DNA of 59,750 bases, filler included. It is 3 parts of 3 records of this genome, joined end to end, with 100 filler letters (N's around TTAATTAATTAA, not from the genome) between each part and the next. Parts side by side here need not be neighbours in the genome. Positions count along the whole stretch, not along the records: positions 30,185 to 50,613 come from DRR378314_59; 2 more parts are not named here. One strand, 5' to 3'. Below the pieces are notes generated by a model. The model was not told where the DNA came from. It made no database searches and saw only the letters and a program-made list of their open reading frames with translations. Of the stretch, positions 40,167 through 49,229 are shown one piece after another; position 1 is the stretch's first letter; every line of letters begins with the position of its first letter. The position numbers were made by a program, and so were the translations under genes.

Positions 40167-41386
40167 TCGTCAATAGGCTGATAGTTTAATGGCAAAGTAT
40201 CGGCAAATTGTTCATAAGCCCAATACCCTTCATAAAAGACATCTAGCGGGTTAATTATTTCTCCAGTTTTTTCTAATATAGCAGATTTGGTTAGCATTAC
40301 CATAGATGAAGTTTGTACGTTTAATGTCTGTCTTTTTTTTCCAAAAGGACCCATAACGTAGTTGGTTTCTTCGGGCTCATTTTGATATATGACAGAAATA
40401 TAATTTTTAAATGACAAAACATGTTTATTATTTATTTTAGTGGTAATCTCTTTTTGATGTGCATCGCTTTTATATAAGTAGTCCGCATATTTTGGAAGTG
40501 AAGCTTTTCTTAGAACTACAATTGCACTATCAATTTGGGTAATTGGCTTTGTTATTTTTTTCTGGAAATTTACCAAACCTATTCCTGTAAGTTTTATAAT
40601 ATTTCTAGCATGTTTAATTTGATGATCTTTTGGTCTTTTGGAATTTAATTCACGTCTAAAAAAATTAATAAGAAAACCTTCTTCTTTTGCTGTATTGTTT
40701 ATAAGGCTTCTAACAAAATGCATTTTAGAACCATTATATGCTTTGCGTCTATTTTTTTTCCATTTTTTCTGTTTTCTTTTACTTCCTTTAAGGTTTTCAA
40801 ACCTAGTATAGCCTAAGTAGTGCACTTTATTTTGACCAAGTTGAAATAATTCTAAATCTACAGTTATTAAATAGCCTAACCCTTTATGTTTTAATTTTAA
40901 AGGTTCTCTTGCTTCAGCAGTAAGTGTATTAGAGGTTTTGTCAAATTCAAAATGTAATATCTTCGGATTTAATAATTCACACTGTTTAGAAAGATTAGTT
41001 TTACCAATAAAATTTGTTTTAAATTGTTTTAAATTAAATTTCCAATCTTCGTTGTAAATGGTCTTTTTCAATACAACTTCATTTAAAATGTTTTCTTCTT
41101 CAGCTAATTGAAAATTAAAAGGCTTTTTATATTGACTAGTATTTAGGTTAAATCTAATAGTTTTATAACCGATGTAAGAGATTATTAATTCGTAAATCCC
41201 AGGCTTTGTTGTTAATTCAAATTGCCCATCTGATTTAGTAGACACTCCAATGGTTGTGTTGTTTAAATAAACAGAAGCTCCTTCTAATGCAATATTGGTA
41301 GTTGTAGTAACTTTTCCTGTAATACTAATTTGAGCTGATAGCTGGGAATAAAAGATTACAATAAAAACAAAAAGTCCTTTTTTCAT
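40163..41386 (-). CDS. Carboxypeptidase-like regulatory domain-containing secreted protein
   Basis: ITGKV...LEGASV...G.F.L...SYIGY...LNEVVL; C-terminal GYW...LPLNY. Confidence 0.85.
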   Translation of the reverse strand: MKKGLFVFIVIFYSQLSAQISITGKVTTTTNIALEGASVYLNNTTIGVSTKSDGQFELTTKPGIYELIISYIGYKTIRFNLNTSQYKKPFNFQLAEEENILNEVVLKKTIYNEDWKFNLKQFKTNFIGKTNLSKQCELLNPKILHFEFDKTSNTLTAEAREPLKLKHKGLGYLITVDLELFQLGQNKVHYLGYTRFENLKGSKRKQKKWKKNRRKAYNGSKMHFVRSLINNTAKEEGFLINFFRRELNSKRPKDHQIKHARNIIKLTGIGLVNFQKKITKPITQIDSAIVVLRKASLPKYADYLYKSDAHQKEITTKINNKHVLSFKNYISVIYQNEPEETNYVMGPFGKKRQTLNVQTSSMVMLTKSAILEKTGEIINPLDVFYEGYWAYEQFADTLPLNYQPIDD

Positions 41387-41440
41387 AGAAAATTTTCTAT
41401 AAAAATAAGGACTAATAATTTTATAAGAAAAATTAAAAAG

Positions 41441-43462
41441 TTAATTATTTATCAAACCCGCTCTTTTTAATAAAGCATCAGGTTTAGGTTCTTTTCCTCT
41501 AAATCGCTTATATAATTTCATTGGTTTTTCTGTTCCTCCTTTTGAAAGTATATGTTCCTTAAATTTTGTTGCAACTTCCTTGTTAAAAACTCCTTTTTCT
41601 AAAAAGTACTCAAAAGCATCTGCGTCTAAAACTTCAGCCCATTTATAAGAATAGTATCCGGCAGAATACCCTCCCTGAAATATGTGGGAAAATGCAGTAC
41701 TCATACAATTATCTTGAACATCTGGATAGAGTTTTGTGTCTTTAAAAGCTAAGTTTTCAAATTCTTTTACTGAAGATATTGATTCAGGGTTTTGAGAATG
41801 CCAACTCATATCTAATAATCCAAAACTTAATTGTCTCATGGTTTGTATTCCTTCATGAAAACTTGCAGATTCTTTAATTTTTGCTACATATTCCATCGGT
41901 ATAACTTCTTCAGTTATATAATGTCTTGCAAATAATTCTAAAGCTTCTTTTTCGTAACACCAATTTTCTAATATTTGACTTGGTAATTCAACAAAATCCC
42001 AAGAAACAGAAGTTCCAGATAAACTATTGTATGTGGTATTAGCTAACATGCCGTGTAATGCATGTCCAAACTCATGAAATAAAGTTGTAACTTCATTAAA
42101 TGTTAATAAAGATGGTTTCGTTTCTGTTGGTTTTGTGAAATTACAAACAATAGAAACATGTGGTCTTTCATTAATTCCGTTTTTAAGTTGTTGCGACTTG
42201 TATGAAGTCATCCAAGCTCCGTTCCTTTTTCCTGCTCTAGGATGAAAGTCGGCATAAAAAACAGCAATAAAGTTTCCATTAGTATCTGTTACGTTGTAAG
42301 TTTTTACATCTTCGTGATATTTTTCGATATCAAATATTTCTTCAAATTTTAAATCGAATAAATTATTGGCTATTGTAAAAACACCATCAATTACATTTTC
42401 TAATTTAAAATAAGGTTTCAAAATTTCTTGATCAAGATTAAAGCGTTCTTTTTTCAGCTTTTCAGCATAATAAGCCCCATCCCATTTTTGTAATTGGTCT
42501 ATGTTGTCTAGCTTTTTTGCATAAGCTTCAAGCTCTTTAAATTCATTAATTGCTGCAGGTTTTGCTTTTTCTAAAAGTTCGTTAGAAAAAGACAATACTT
42601 TTTCAGGGGTTTCGGCCATTCTTTCTTCTAATACAAAATGAGCATGCGTTTTATATCCTAATAATTGGGCTCTTTTATGACGCAATTTAACAATGTCTAA
42701 AACTACTTGTTCATTATTATGTTTATTGTTTTGAAATGCTTTTTTACCTGCAGCAATGGCTATTTTCTTACGTAATTCTCTTGAATCTGCATAAGTCATA
42801 AAAGGAATATAACTTGGGTAATCTAAAGTGAAAATCCATCCATCTTTATTTTTTGAATTAGCTATTTCTTTAGCTGCTTCTTTTGCGCTTTCTGGTAATC
42901 CGCTTAAATCTTTTGGATCAGTTAAATGCATTTCAAATGCATTTGTTTCAGCCAAAACATTTTCCCCAAATTCTAATGATAGTTTAGATAGTTGTGCGTC
43001 TATTGTGCGTAGTTCAGATTTATCTTTTTCATTTAAATTAGCACCATTTCTAGCAAAACCTTTGTATTGCTTTTCTAACAACATGTTTTGCTCTGGAGTT
43101 AATTCTAAAGAATCCTTCATGTCATAAACAACTTTTACTCTTTGAAACAAAGTTTCATTTAAAATGATGTCATTTTTAAAGTCACTTAACCAAGGAGAAA
43201 TTTCTTTTGCTATTTTCTGAATCTCATCATTTGTTTCTGCAGAATTTAAATTGAAAAAAACACTTGTAATTCTATCTAGTTTTTCTCCAGTAAAATCTAA
43301 AGCTACAGTTGTGTTTTCAAAAGAAGGTTTATCAGTGTTTGAAATAATTGCAGCTATTTCTTCTTTGGTGATTTCAATGGCTTTTTTAATTGCCGGTTTG
43401 TAATCCTCGTTTTTTATTTTAGAAAAAGGAGCTGTGTTAAAATCGTTTAATAAAGGATTCAT
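41441..43462 (-). CDS. dcp: M3 family metallopeptidase (peptidyl-dipeptidase Dcp-like)
   Basis: GAWM, LFHEFGHALH, DFVELPSQ and GYSAGYYSYKWAE motifs. Confidence 0.93.
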   Translation of the reverse strand: MNPLLNDFNTAPFSKIKNEDYKPAIKKAIEITKEEIAAIISNTDKPSFENTTVALDFTGEKLDRITSVFFNLNSAETNDEIQKIAKEISPWLSDFKNDIILNETLFQRVKVVYDMKDSLELTPEQNMLLEKQYKGFARNGANLNEKDKSELRTIDAQLSKLSLEFGENVLAETNAFEMHLTDPKDLSGLPESAKEAAKEIANSKNKDGWIFTLDYPSYIPFMTYADSRELRKKIAIAAGKKAFQNNKHNNEQVVLDIVKLRHKRAQLLGYKTHAHFVLEERMAETPEKVLSFSNELLEKAKPAAINEFKELEAYAKKLDNIDQLQKWDGAYYAEKLKKERFNLDQEILKPYFKLENVIDGVFTIANNLFDLKFEEIFDIEKYHEDVKTYNVTDTNGNFIAVFYADFHPRAGKRNGAWMTSYKSQQLKNGINERPHVSIVCNFTKPTETKPSLLTFNEVTTLFHEFGHALHGMLANTTYNSLSGTSVSWDFVELPSQILENWCYEKEALELFARHYITEEVIPMEYVAKIKESASFHEGIQTMRQLSFGLLDMSWHSQNPESISSVKEFENLAFKDTKLYPDVQDNCMSTAFSHIFQGGYSAGYYSYKWAEVLDADAFEYFLEKGVFNKEVATKFKEHILSKGGTEKPMKLYKRFRGKEPKPDALLKRAGLINN

Positions 43463-43505
43463 CTTAATAATTTAATTTGTAGAAATTGTTTTTTTTGAGT
43501 CGAAT

Positions 43506-43985
43506 TTATTTACGAACTCTTTCAGAAGCTTTTTCAACTTTTAATTTTAAACCTTCTTTGTAAGCAACAATTTTATCTAATACACATTTGTCAGAAGCAC
43601 CAATAATTTGAGCGGCTAAGATTCCGGCATTTTTGGCACCATCTAATGCAACAGTAGCAACAGGAACTCCACCAGGCATTTGTAAAATAGATAAAACAGA
43701 ATCCCATCCATCAATAGAGTTTCTGCTTTTTACAGGAACTCCAATTATTGGTAAAGGACTCATTGAAGCAACCATTCCTGGTAAATGAGCAGCACCTCCA
43801 GCACCAGCAATAATAACTTTGATTCCTCGAGTATGTGCATTTTTAGAATAGTCAACTAGTTTTTCTGGAGTTCTGTGAGCAGAAACAATATCAACCTCTA
43901 TTTGAATGTCAAAACTCTCTAAAATATCTATTGCTTCTTGCATGATTGGAAGATCTGAATCGCTTCCCATTATTATTCCTACCAT
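43506..43985 (-). CDS. purE: N5-CAIR mutase
   Basis: MGSDSD, SAHRTP, AGGAAHLPG and QMPGGVPVATV motifs. Confidence 0.99.
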   Translation of the reverse strand: MVGIIMGSDSDLPIMQEAIDILESFDIQIEVDIVSAHRTPEKLVDYSKNAHTRGIKVIIAGAGGAAHLPGMVASMSPLPIIGVPVKSRNSIDGWDSVLSILQMPGGVPVATVALDGAKNAGILAAQIIGASDKCVLDKIVAYKEGLKLKVEKASERVRK

Positions 43986-43989
43986 AATA

Positions 43990-45147
43990 TTATTTGCTAA
44001 TTACTCTAATTGTTTCTTTAACTTTTTGTGCTATTTCACGTGCTTTTTTAATGTCACTATCTACAATGGTTACGTGTCCCATTTTTCTAAATGGTTTGGT
44101 TGTTTTTTTACCATAAATATGTGGTGTTACACCATCAATTTCCATTACATTCTCAATGTTTTCATAAATCACATCACCAGTATATCCTTCTGCTCCTACT
44201 AAGTTTACCATTATTCCTGCAACTTTACTATCTGTATTTCCTAATGGTAAATTTAAAACAGTTCTTAAATGTTGTTCAAACTGACTTGTGTAACTAGCTT
44301 CAATGCTATAGTGACCAGAATTATGAGTTCTTGGAGCGACTTCATTTACCAAGATTTCATCAGTATTTGTTTGAAACATTTCTACAGCTAATAAGCCAAC
44401 ATGTTCAAAAGACTTTGCAACATTTAAAGCTATTTCTCTCGCTTTTGTAGCTACAGAAGTTTCAATTCTTGCAGGACAAATTACATATTCAACCTGATTT
44501 GCTTCTGGATGAAATTCCATTTCAACAACTGGATAAGTTTTAATTTCTCCATTTGCATTTCTAGCTACAATTACAGCTAATTCATTTTTAAAAGGAATTA
44601 ATTCTTCTATGATACAATCTGTATCAGCTAAATTTTGAATATCGTTTTTAGAACGAACAACTTTTACGCCTGTTCCATCATATCCAAATTGTGCAGATTT
44701 CCAAACAAAAGGAAACTCCATTGAGTTTTCGTTATAAAAAGTAATTAATTCACTTTTATTTTTAAATCGTTTATGTGTGGAAGTCGGAATGTTTTTCTCT
44801 ACAAAGAAATCTTTTTGTTTTCCTTTGTGCTGAATGATTTCAATTACAGACGGTTGCGGATATATCTTTAACCCTTCTTTTTCTAATTGATATAATGCTT
44901 TAATATTAACATGTTCAATTTCAATGGTAAGTACATCTACTTTTTTACCAAAATTGTAAACTGCATCAAAATCTAATAAATTTCCAACATGAAATTCATT
45001 ACAAATTTTAGCACAAGGAGCTTCGGAAGAAGCATCTAAAATGGCTGTGTAAATGTCGTACTTTTGAGTTTCGGTAAGTAGCATTCTTCCTAATTGACCG
45101 CCACCGAGAACGCCTAATTTAAAATCGGAAGAAAAATAATTTTTCAC
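43990..45147 (-). CDS. purK: N5-CAIR synthetase
   Basis: GGGQLGRM, GYDG.G, NEVAPRTHNSGH, SQFEQH and YGK...RKMGH motifs; GTG start; directly upstream of purE. Confidence 0.98.
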   Translation of the reverse strand: MKNYFSSDFKLGVLGGGQLGRMLLTETQKYDIYTAILDASSEAPCAKICNEFHVGNLLDFDAVYNFGKKVDVLTIEIEHVNIKALYQLEKEGLKIYPQPSVIEIIQHKGKQKDFFVEKNIPTSTHKRFKNKSELITFYNENSMEFPFVWKSAQFGYDGTGVKVVRSKNDIQNLADTDCIIEELIPFKNELAVIVARNANGEIKTYPVVEMEFHPEANQVEYVICPARIETSVATKAREIALNVAKSFEHVGLLAVEMFQTNTDEILVNEVAPRTHNSGHYSIEASYTSQFEQHLRTVLNLPLGNTDSKVAGIMVNLVGAEGYTGDVIYENIENVMEIDGVTPHIYGKKTTKPFRKMGHVTIVDSDIKKAREIAQKVKETIRVISK

Positions 45148-45176
45148 TATAATATGTTCGTTGTGTGTTGTTGGTG

Positions 45177-45184
45177 CAAAAATA
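45177..45184 (-). promoter_or_regulatory. -7 promoter element TATTTTTG for purKE
   Basis: Exact TAnnTTTG match. Confidence 0.65.
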
Positions 45185-45207
45185 AGAATCTATTTCATTC
45201 TGAACTA

Positions 45208-45633
45208 CTAAAAGTTATTGATTCGTAAAACAGTTCCATTTAAATTTGTTACTAAATATTCTCTTGCAGAATATGAAACACCGTCTGTTAAAGGTGCTCC
45301 GTTTAAGATATTAAACTCACTATCATCACAAGGGCACCTCATTCTAATGTTATTTTCTACTACCATTTGAGAACAAGTGCTTGCTTGTATATGGGGAGCT
45401 GCACGTTCAAAAGCTTTAAATTGGGTTCCGTTAATATTATAAACAATAATTCCGCTAATACCTCCAGGAACATAAGCCCATCCACCAGGAATGGCCAGAT
45501 CAATATTAGTTGGCAAACTTAAATCTACAATTTCGTTAACTGGTATATCTGGTAAGATATCGTTATTCTGATTGTTATTTGTACAGCTACTTAAAAATAT
45601 AAGAGCAATTATGGTAAAGAGGTAATTTTTCAT
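45208..45633 (-). CDS. Lipoprotein with degenerate Rieske-like fold
   Basis: Lipobox LSSC; GIIVY...AFERAAPH...C...CPCDDSEF...G.P pattern. Confidence 0.7.
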   Translation of the reverse strand: MKNYLFTIIALIFLSSCTNNNQNNDILPDIPVNEIVDLSLPTNIDLAIPGGWAYVPGGISGIIVYNINGTQFKAFERAAPHIQASTCSQMVVENNIRMRCPCDDSEFNILNGAPLTDGVSYSAREYLVTNLNGTVLRINNF

Positions 45634-45683
45634 TGGGTGAATTTTGACTGTTTTTAAAACGATGACAAGTTACAAATATTTTG

Positions 45684-45691
45684 TACATTTG
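45684..45691 (+). promoter_or_regulatory. -7 promoter element TACATTTG for greA
   Basis: Exact TAnnTTTG match 68 nt upstream of the greA ATG. Confidence 0.65.
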
Positions 45692-45697
45692 TATTTG

Positions 45698-45737
45698 AAT
45701 CTCATTCTGATAAAACGGTGGTGAGATTTTGTGTTTT
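45698..45737 (+). promoter_or_regulatory. greA 5'-leader hairpin with U-rich tail (candidate pause site/attenuator)
   Basis: AATCTCATT-CTG-ATAAAA-CGG-T-GGTGAGATT then TTGTGTTTT; the G-U pairs fit the plus-strand RNA. Confidence 0.5.
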
Positions 45738-45759
45738 ATAAAATATAAGGATAAGGATT

Positions 45760-46233
45760 ATGAGTGAAGTATCATATTATACACCAGAGGGTTTAAAAAA
45801 ACTAAAAGATGAGTTGCATCAATTAGAACAAGTTGAAAGACCTAGAGTTACACAAGAAATTGCAGATGCAAGAGATAAAGGAGATTTAAGTGAGAATGCA
45901 GAATATCATGCGGCAAAAGAAGAACAATCTTTATTAGAATTTAAAATTGCTAAACTAAAGAATGTTGTAGCAAATGCTCGTATTATTGATGAGTCTCAAT
46001 TAGACACTTCTAAGATATTGATTCATTCTGTAGTGAAATTAAAAAACATTGCTAATAAAATGGAATTTACTTATACATTGGTTGCAGATTCAGAATCTGA
46101 CGTAAGAAATGGAAAATTATCAGTGAATTCGCCAATTGGAAAAGGATTGCTAGGGAAATCTCTTGGAGAAATCGCAGAAATTCAAGTGCCAAACGGAATT
46201 ATGAAATTTGAAATTATGGATATTTCAAGATAA
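45760..46233 (+). CDS. greA: Transcription elongation factor GreA
   Basis: GDLSENAEYHAAKE and SVNSPIGKGLLGK motifs. Confidence 0.98.
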   Translation: MSEVSYYTPEGLKKLKDELHQLEQVERPRVTQEIADARDKGDLSENAEYHAAKEEQSLLEFKIAKLKNVVANARIIDESQLDTSKILIHSVVKLKNIANKMEFTYTLVADSESDVRNGKLSVNSPIGKGLLGKSLGEIAEIQVPNGIMKFEIMDISR

Positions 46234-46253
46234 TCTCTTAATAAATAGATATT

Positions 46254-46283
46254 AAAACGCGTTGCTTAGCAACGCGTTTTTTT
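46254..46283 (+). terminator. Intrinsic terminator after greA
   Basis: AAAACGCGTTGC-TTA-GCAACGCGTTTT followed by Ts. Confidence 0.9.
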
Positions 46284-46286
46284 GTT

Positions 46287-46294
46287 TACATTTG
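46287..46294 (+). promoter_or_regulatory. -7 promoter element TACATTTG for the HIT gene
   Basis: Exact TAnnTTTG match. Confidence 0.6.
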
Positions 46295-46314
46295 GATTGA
46301 AAATTTAAGACATT

Positions 46315-46719
46315 ATGAGCAGCATTTTTACAAAGATTATTAATGGTGATATACCTTCTTACAAAGTGGCAGAAGATGAAAACTTTTTAGCTTTTTTAGA
46401 TATCAATCCAAATGCAAAAGGGCATACTTTGGTAATCCCCAAAAAAGAAGTAGATAAGTTATTTGATTTAGATACTGAAACATATATAGGATTGATGCAA
46501 TTTGCACACAAAGTAGCAAAAGCCTTAGAAAAAACAATTAGTTGTAATAGAGTTGGAATGTCTGTTGTTGGACTGGAAGTGCCTCATGCTCATGTACATT
46601 TAATTCCTATTAATAGAGTTTCTGATATTAATTTTACAAGCAATAAATTTAAAATGCAGCACAATGATTTTGTGGAATTGGCTAAAGCAATTTCTAATAA
46701 TTTTTTAGATTTTCTGTAG
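46315..46719 (+). CDS. HIT family protein
   Basis: SIFTKII.G.IP, AFLDINP, GHTLVIPK and VPHAHVHLIP motifs. Confidence 0.95.
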   Translation: MSSIFTKIINGDIPSYKVAEDENFLAFLDINPNAKGHTLVIPKKEVDKLFDLDTETYIGLMQFAHKVAKALEKTISCNRVGMSVVGLEVPHAHVHLIPINRVSDINFTSNKFKMQHNDFVELAKAISNNFLDFL

Positions 46720-47853
46720 AATTACCTGAATACTAGTTCCTTTATTCAATTCAGATTTTTTTACAAAAATTTTGCCATTATGATACTCTTCAATAATTCT
46801 TTTAGATAAAGACAATCCTAATCCCCAGCCACGTTTTTTAGTTGTAAAACCAGGTTTAAAAATTTGTTTAAACTGTGATTTCTGAATTCCCTTTCCAGTA
46901 TCTGTAACAGTAATAATTATTTGTTTTTGTTTTTCTGAAATATCTAAATGCAAACTACCTTTACCTTTCATAGCATCAATAGCATTTTTTACTAAATTTT
47001 CAATTACCCAGCTATATAATTCAGTATTAATATTAGCTTTTAATAATTCTGTATTAGAACTGAAATTAAAATTAATCTGTTTAGAAAATCGCGTTTTTAA
47101 ATAATTAAAAGAATCTTCAGTTGTTTTTACAATATTGTGTGTTTTTAATTCTGGAATTGAGCCAATTTTAGAAAATCGATTGGCAATAATATTTAATCGA
47201 TGTACATCTTTTTCCATTTCATATACATGATCTTGGTCAATATTTTCTGTCTTTAAAATAGCAATCCAAGCTAATAAAGAAGATAATGGTGTGCCTATTT
47301 GATGAGCGGTTTCCTTCGCCATACCTGTCCATAACTTATTTTGTTCTGCAATTTTATTGGAAGAGAAGAACATGTAAATTACTGCTAAAAACAATAATAA
47401 GATTAAAATTAGAGCAATAGGATAGTAGGTGAGTTTGTTTAGTAAATCAGAATCTTTATAATAAATATACTCAGTTATTCCTTGGTAATTAATTTCAATT
47501 GGCTGGTTTTGAGTTTTCATTTTAGCCAATTGCTTATTTAGATAATCCCTATTATCTGTTTTTGTAGAATCTAAATTATGCCATTCAATTATTGTTCCAT
47601 CATCTTTAATTCTAATGGATGGAATATTTGTGATGTTTTCAAAAACTTTAGTTTCTAAGTTAACACTAGCGTTTAAATCTGTATTTGTAGTTAATTCTTT
47701 AATAGCTGAAGCAAAAATTTCCATTTTTGCACGCTCCTCTTGTTTAAATTTTTGAAAGAATATATAAGTATTCCATAATATTAAAGAAACAATAACAAAT
47801 AAAACGAAAACTATGATTCGTTTTGCAAATACAGTATTTTTAAATAGGCTCAT
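46705..47853 (-). CDS. Sensor histidine kinase (two TM, HisKA/HATPase)
   Basis: H-box ETAHQIGTP, N-box ENLVKNAIDA, DTGKGI, F.PGFTTK and GWGLGL motifs. Confidence 0.95.
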   Translation of the reverse strand: MSLFKNTVFAKRIIVFVLFVIVSLILWNTYIFFQKFKQEERAKMEIFASAIKELTTNTDLNASVNLETKVFENITNIPSIRIKDDGTIIEWHNLDSTKTDNRDYLNKQLAKMKTQNQPIEINYQGITEYIYYKDSDLLNKLTYYPIALILILLLFLAVIYMFFSSNKIAEQNKLWTGMAKETAHQIGTPLSSLLAWIAILKTENIDQDHVYEMEKDVHRLNIIANRFSKIGSIPELKTHNIVKTTEDSFNYLKTRFSKQINFNFSSNTELLKANINTELYSWVIENLVKNAIDAMKGKGSLHLDISEKQKQIIITVTDTGKGIQKSQFKQIFKPGFTTKKRGWGLGLSLSKRIIEEYHNGKIFVKKSELNKGTSIQVILQKI

Positions 47854-47858
47854 TACTA

Positions 47859-47866
47859 CAAATATA
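47859..47866 (-). promoter_or_regulatory. -7 promoter element TATATTTG, 5 nt from the kinase ATG
   Basis: Exact TAnnTTTG match. Confidence 0.65.
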
Positions 47867-47935
47867 ATCTATATTATTACATAACACATTTTATAAAATG
47901 ATAGTATATTTACATTTCAATAATAAAACAATAAA

Positions 47936-48796
47936 ATGCTTTCTATAGATCCAAAAGAAATTCCAACGGCTAAACTACATGGCTATTTATTAGGCGCGGT
48001 TGCACCTAGACCAATAGCTTTTGCTAGTACAATTGATGCTGATGGAAATCCAAATTTATCACCATTTAGTTTTTTTAATGTATTTAGTGCAAATCCACCA
48101 ATCATGATCTTTTCTCCTGCAAGAAGAGTTCGTGGTAATACAACAAAACATACTTTAGAAAATGCCATGGAAACTAAAGAAGTGGTAATAAATGTTGTGA
48201 ATTATGATATTGTTCAGCAAATGTCATTAAGTAGTACAGAGTATCCTAAAGGAACAAATGAATTTGTAAAAGCAGGTTTTACAATGTTAAAATCTGATAA
48301 CGTAAAGCCTTATAGAGTAGCTGAGTCTCCAGTTCAATTTGAATGTAAAGTGAATGAAATAATTCATTTAGGAGATCAAGGAGGTGCAGGTAATTTAATT
48401 GTTTGTGAAGTTGTAAAATTACATGTAAAAGAAGAGGTTTTAGATGATAATGGAGGAATTGATCAACTTAAAATTGATTTAGTTGCTAGAGCAGGAGGTA
48501 GTTATTATTCAAGAGCAAAAGATGGTTTTTTTGAGATTCCAAAGCCAATATCAACCTTAGGAATTGGTGTGGATGCTATTCCTAAAGAAATTAGAAATAG
48601 CTCAGTTTTAAGTGGTAATAATTTAGGTGTTTTAGGAAATGTAGAACAGTTACCAAGTCAACAAGATGTTGATAACTTTGCTAAAGAGAATTTGAAATTT
48701 GTTGGGTTAGAAACAGTAAAAAAACATACATTTGCCAAAGAATTTTTAAAGAATAATGATGTAGAAAGTGCTTGGAAAGTACTTTTAATTAAATAG
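47936..48796 (+). CDS. Flavin reductase (DIM6/NTAB) family protein
   Basis: PRPIAFAST, NLSPFSFFN and ESPVQFEC motifs. Confidence 0.92.
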   Translation: MLSIDPKEIPTAKLHGYLLGAVAPRPIAFASTIDADGNPNLSPFSFFNVFSANPPIMIFSPARRVRGNTTKHTLENAMETKEVVINVVNYDIVQQMSLSSTEYPKGTNEFVKAGFTMLKSDNVKPYRVAESPVQFECKVNEIIHLGDQGGAGNLIVCEVVKLHVKEEVLDDNGGIDQLKIDLVARAGGSYYSRAKDGFFEIPKPISTLGIGVDAIPKEIRNSSVLSGNNLGVLGNVEQLPSQQDVDNFAKENLKFVGLETVKKHTFAKEFLKNNDVESAWKVLLIK

Positions 48797-48804
48797 ATAA
48801 GAAA

Positions 48805-49170
48805 ATGGAAGTTATTGGGAAAATTAAATTGATTAACGAAACACAAACTTTTGGTGCTAGTGGATTTAGAAAACGTGAAATGGTTGTAACAACTGATGAG
48901 CAATATCCACAAATGATAATGATTGAGTTTGTACAAGATAAATGTGATATCTTAAATAGTTATGCTGTAGGACAAGATGTGAAAGTTTCTATCAACCTAA
49001 GAGGTAGAGAATGGATTAATCCAGAAGGAGTAGCCAAATATTTTAACTCAATACAAGGATGGAGAATAGAAGCATTACAAGCAGCAGCTCCACAAGATTT
49101 ACCGCCAGTTGATCAGTTTCAACCAGCAGCAGGATCTACTAATGCAGAACCAGATGATTTACCATTCTAG
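48805..49170 (+). CDS. DUF3127 protein (OB-fold-like, acidic DDLPF tail)
   Basis: FRKREMVV...EQYPQ, NLRGREW, YFNSIQGWRI motifs; C-terminal DDLPF. Confidence 0.9.
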   Translation: MEVIGKIKLINETQTFGASGFRKREMVVTTDEQYPQMIMIEFVQDKCDILNSYAVGQDVKVSINLRGREWINPEGVAKYFNSIQGWRIEALQAAAPQDLPPVDQFQPAAGSTNAEPDDLPF

Positions 49171-49188
49171 GAAAATCTTAAAACATAT

Positions 49189-49217
49189 TAAAAAGCAGCC
49201 ATTTGGTTGCTTTTTTT
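49189..49217 (+). terminator. Intrinsic terminator after DUF3127
   Basis: AAAAAAGCAGCC-ATTT-GGTTGCTTTTTTT. Confidence 0.75.
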
Positions 49218-49224
49218 ATTTTTG
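49217..49224 (+). promoter_or_regulatory. -7 promoter element TATTTTTG, 5 nt from the aat ATG
   Basis: Exact TAnnTTTG match overlapping the upstream terminator T-tract. Confidence 0.6.
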
Positions 49225-49229
49225 TACTT

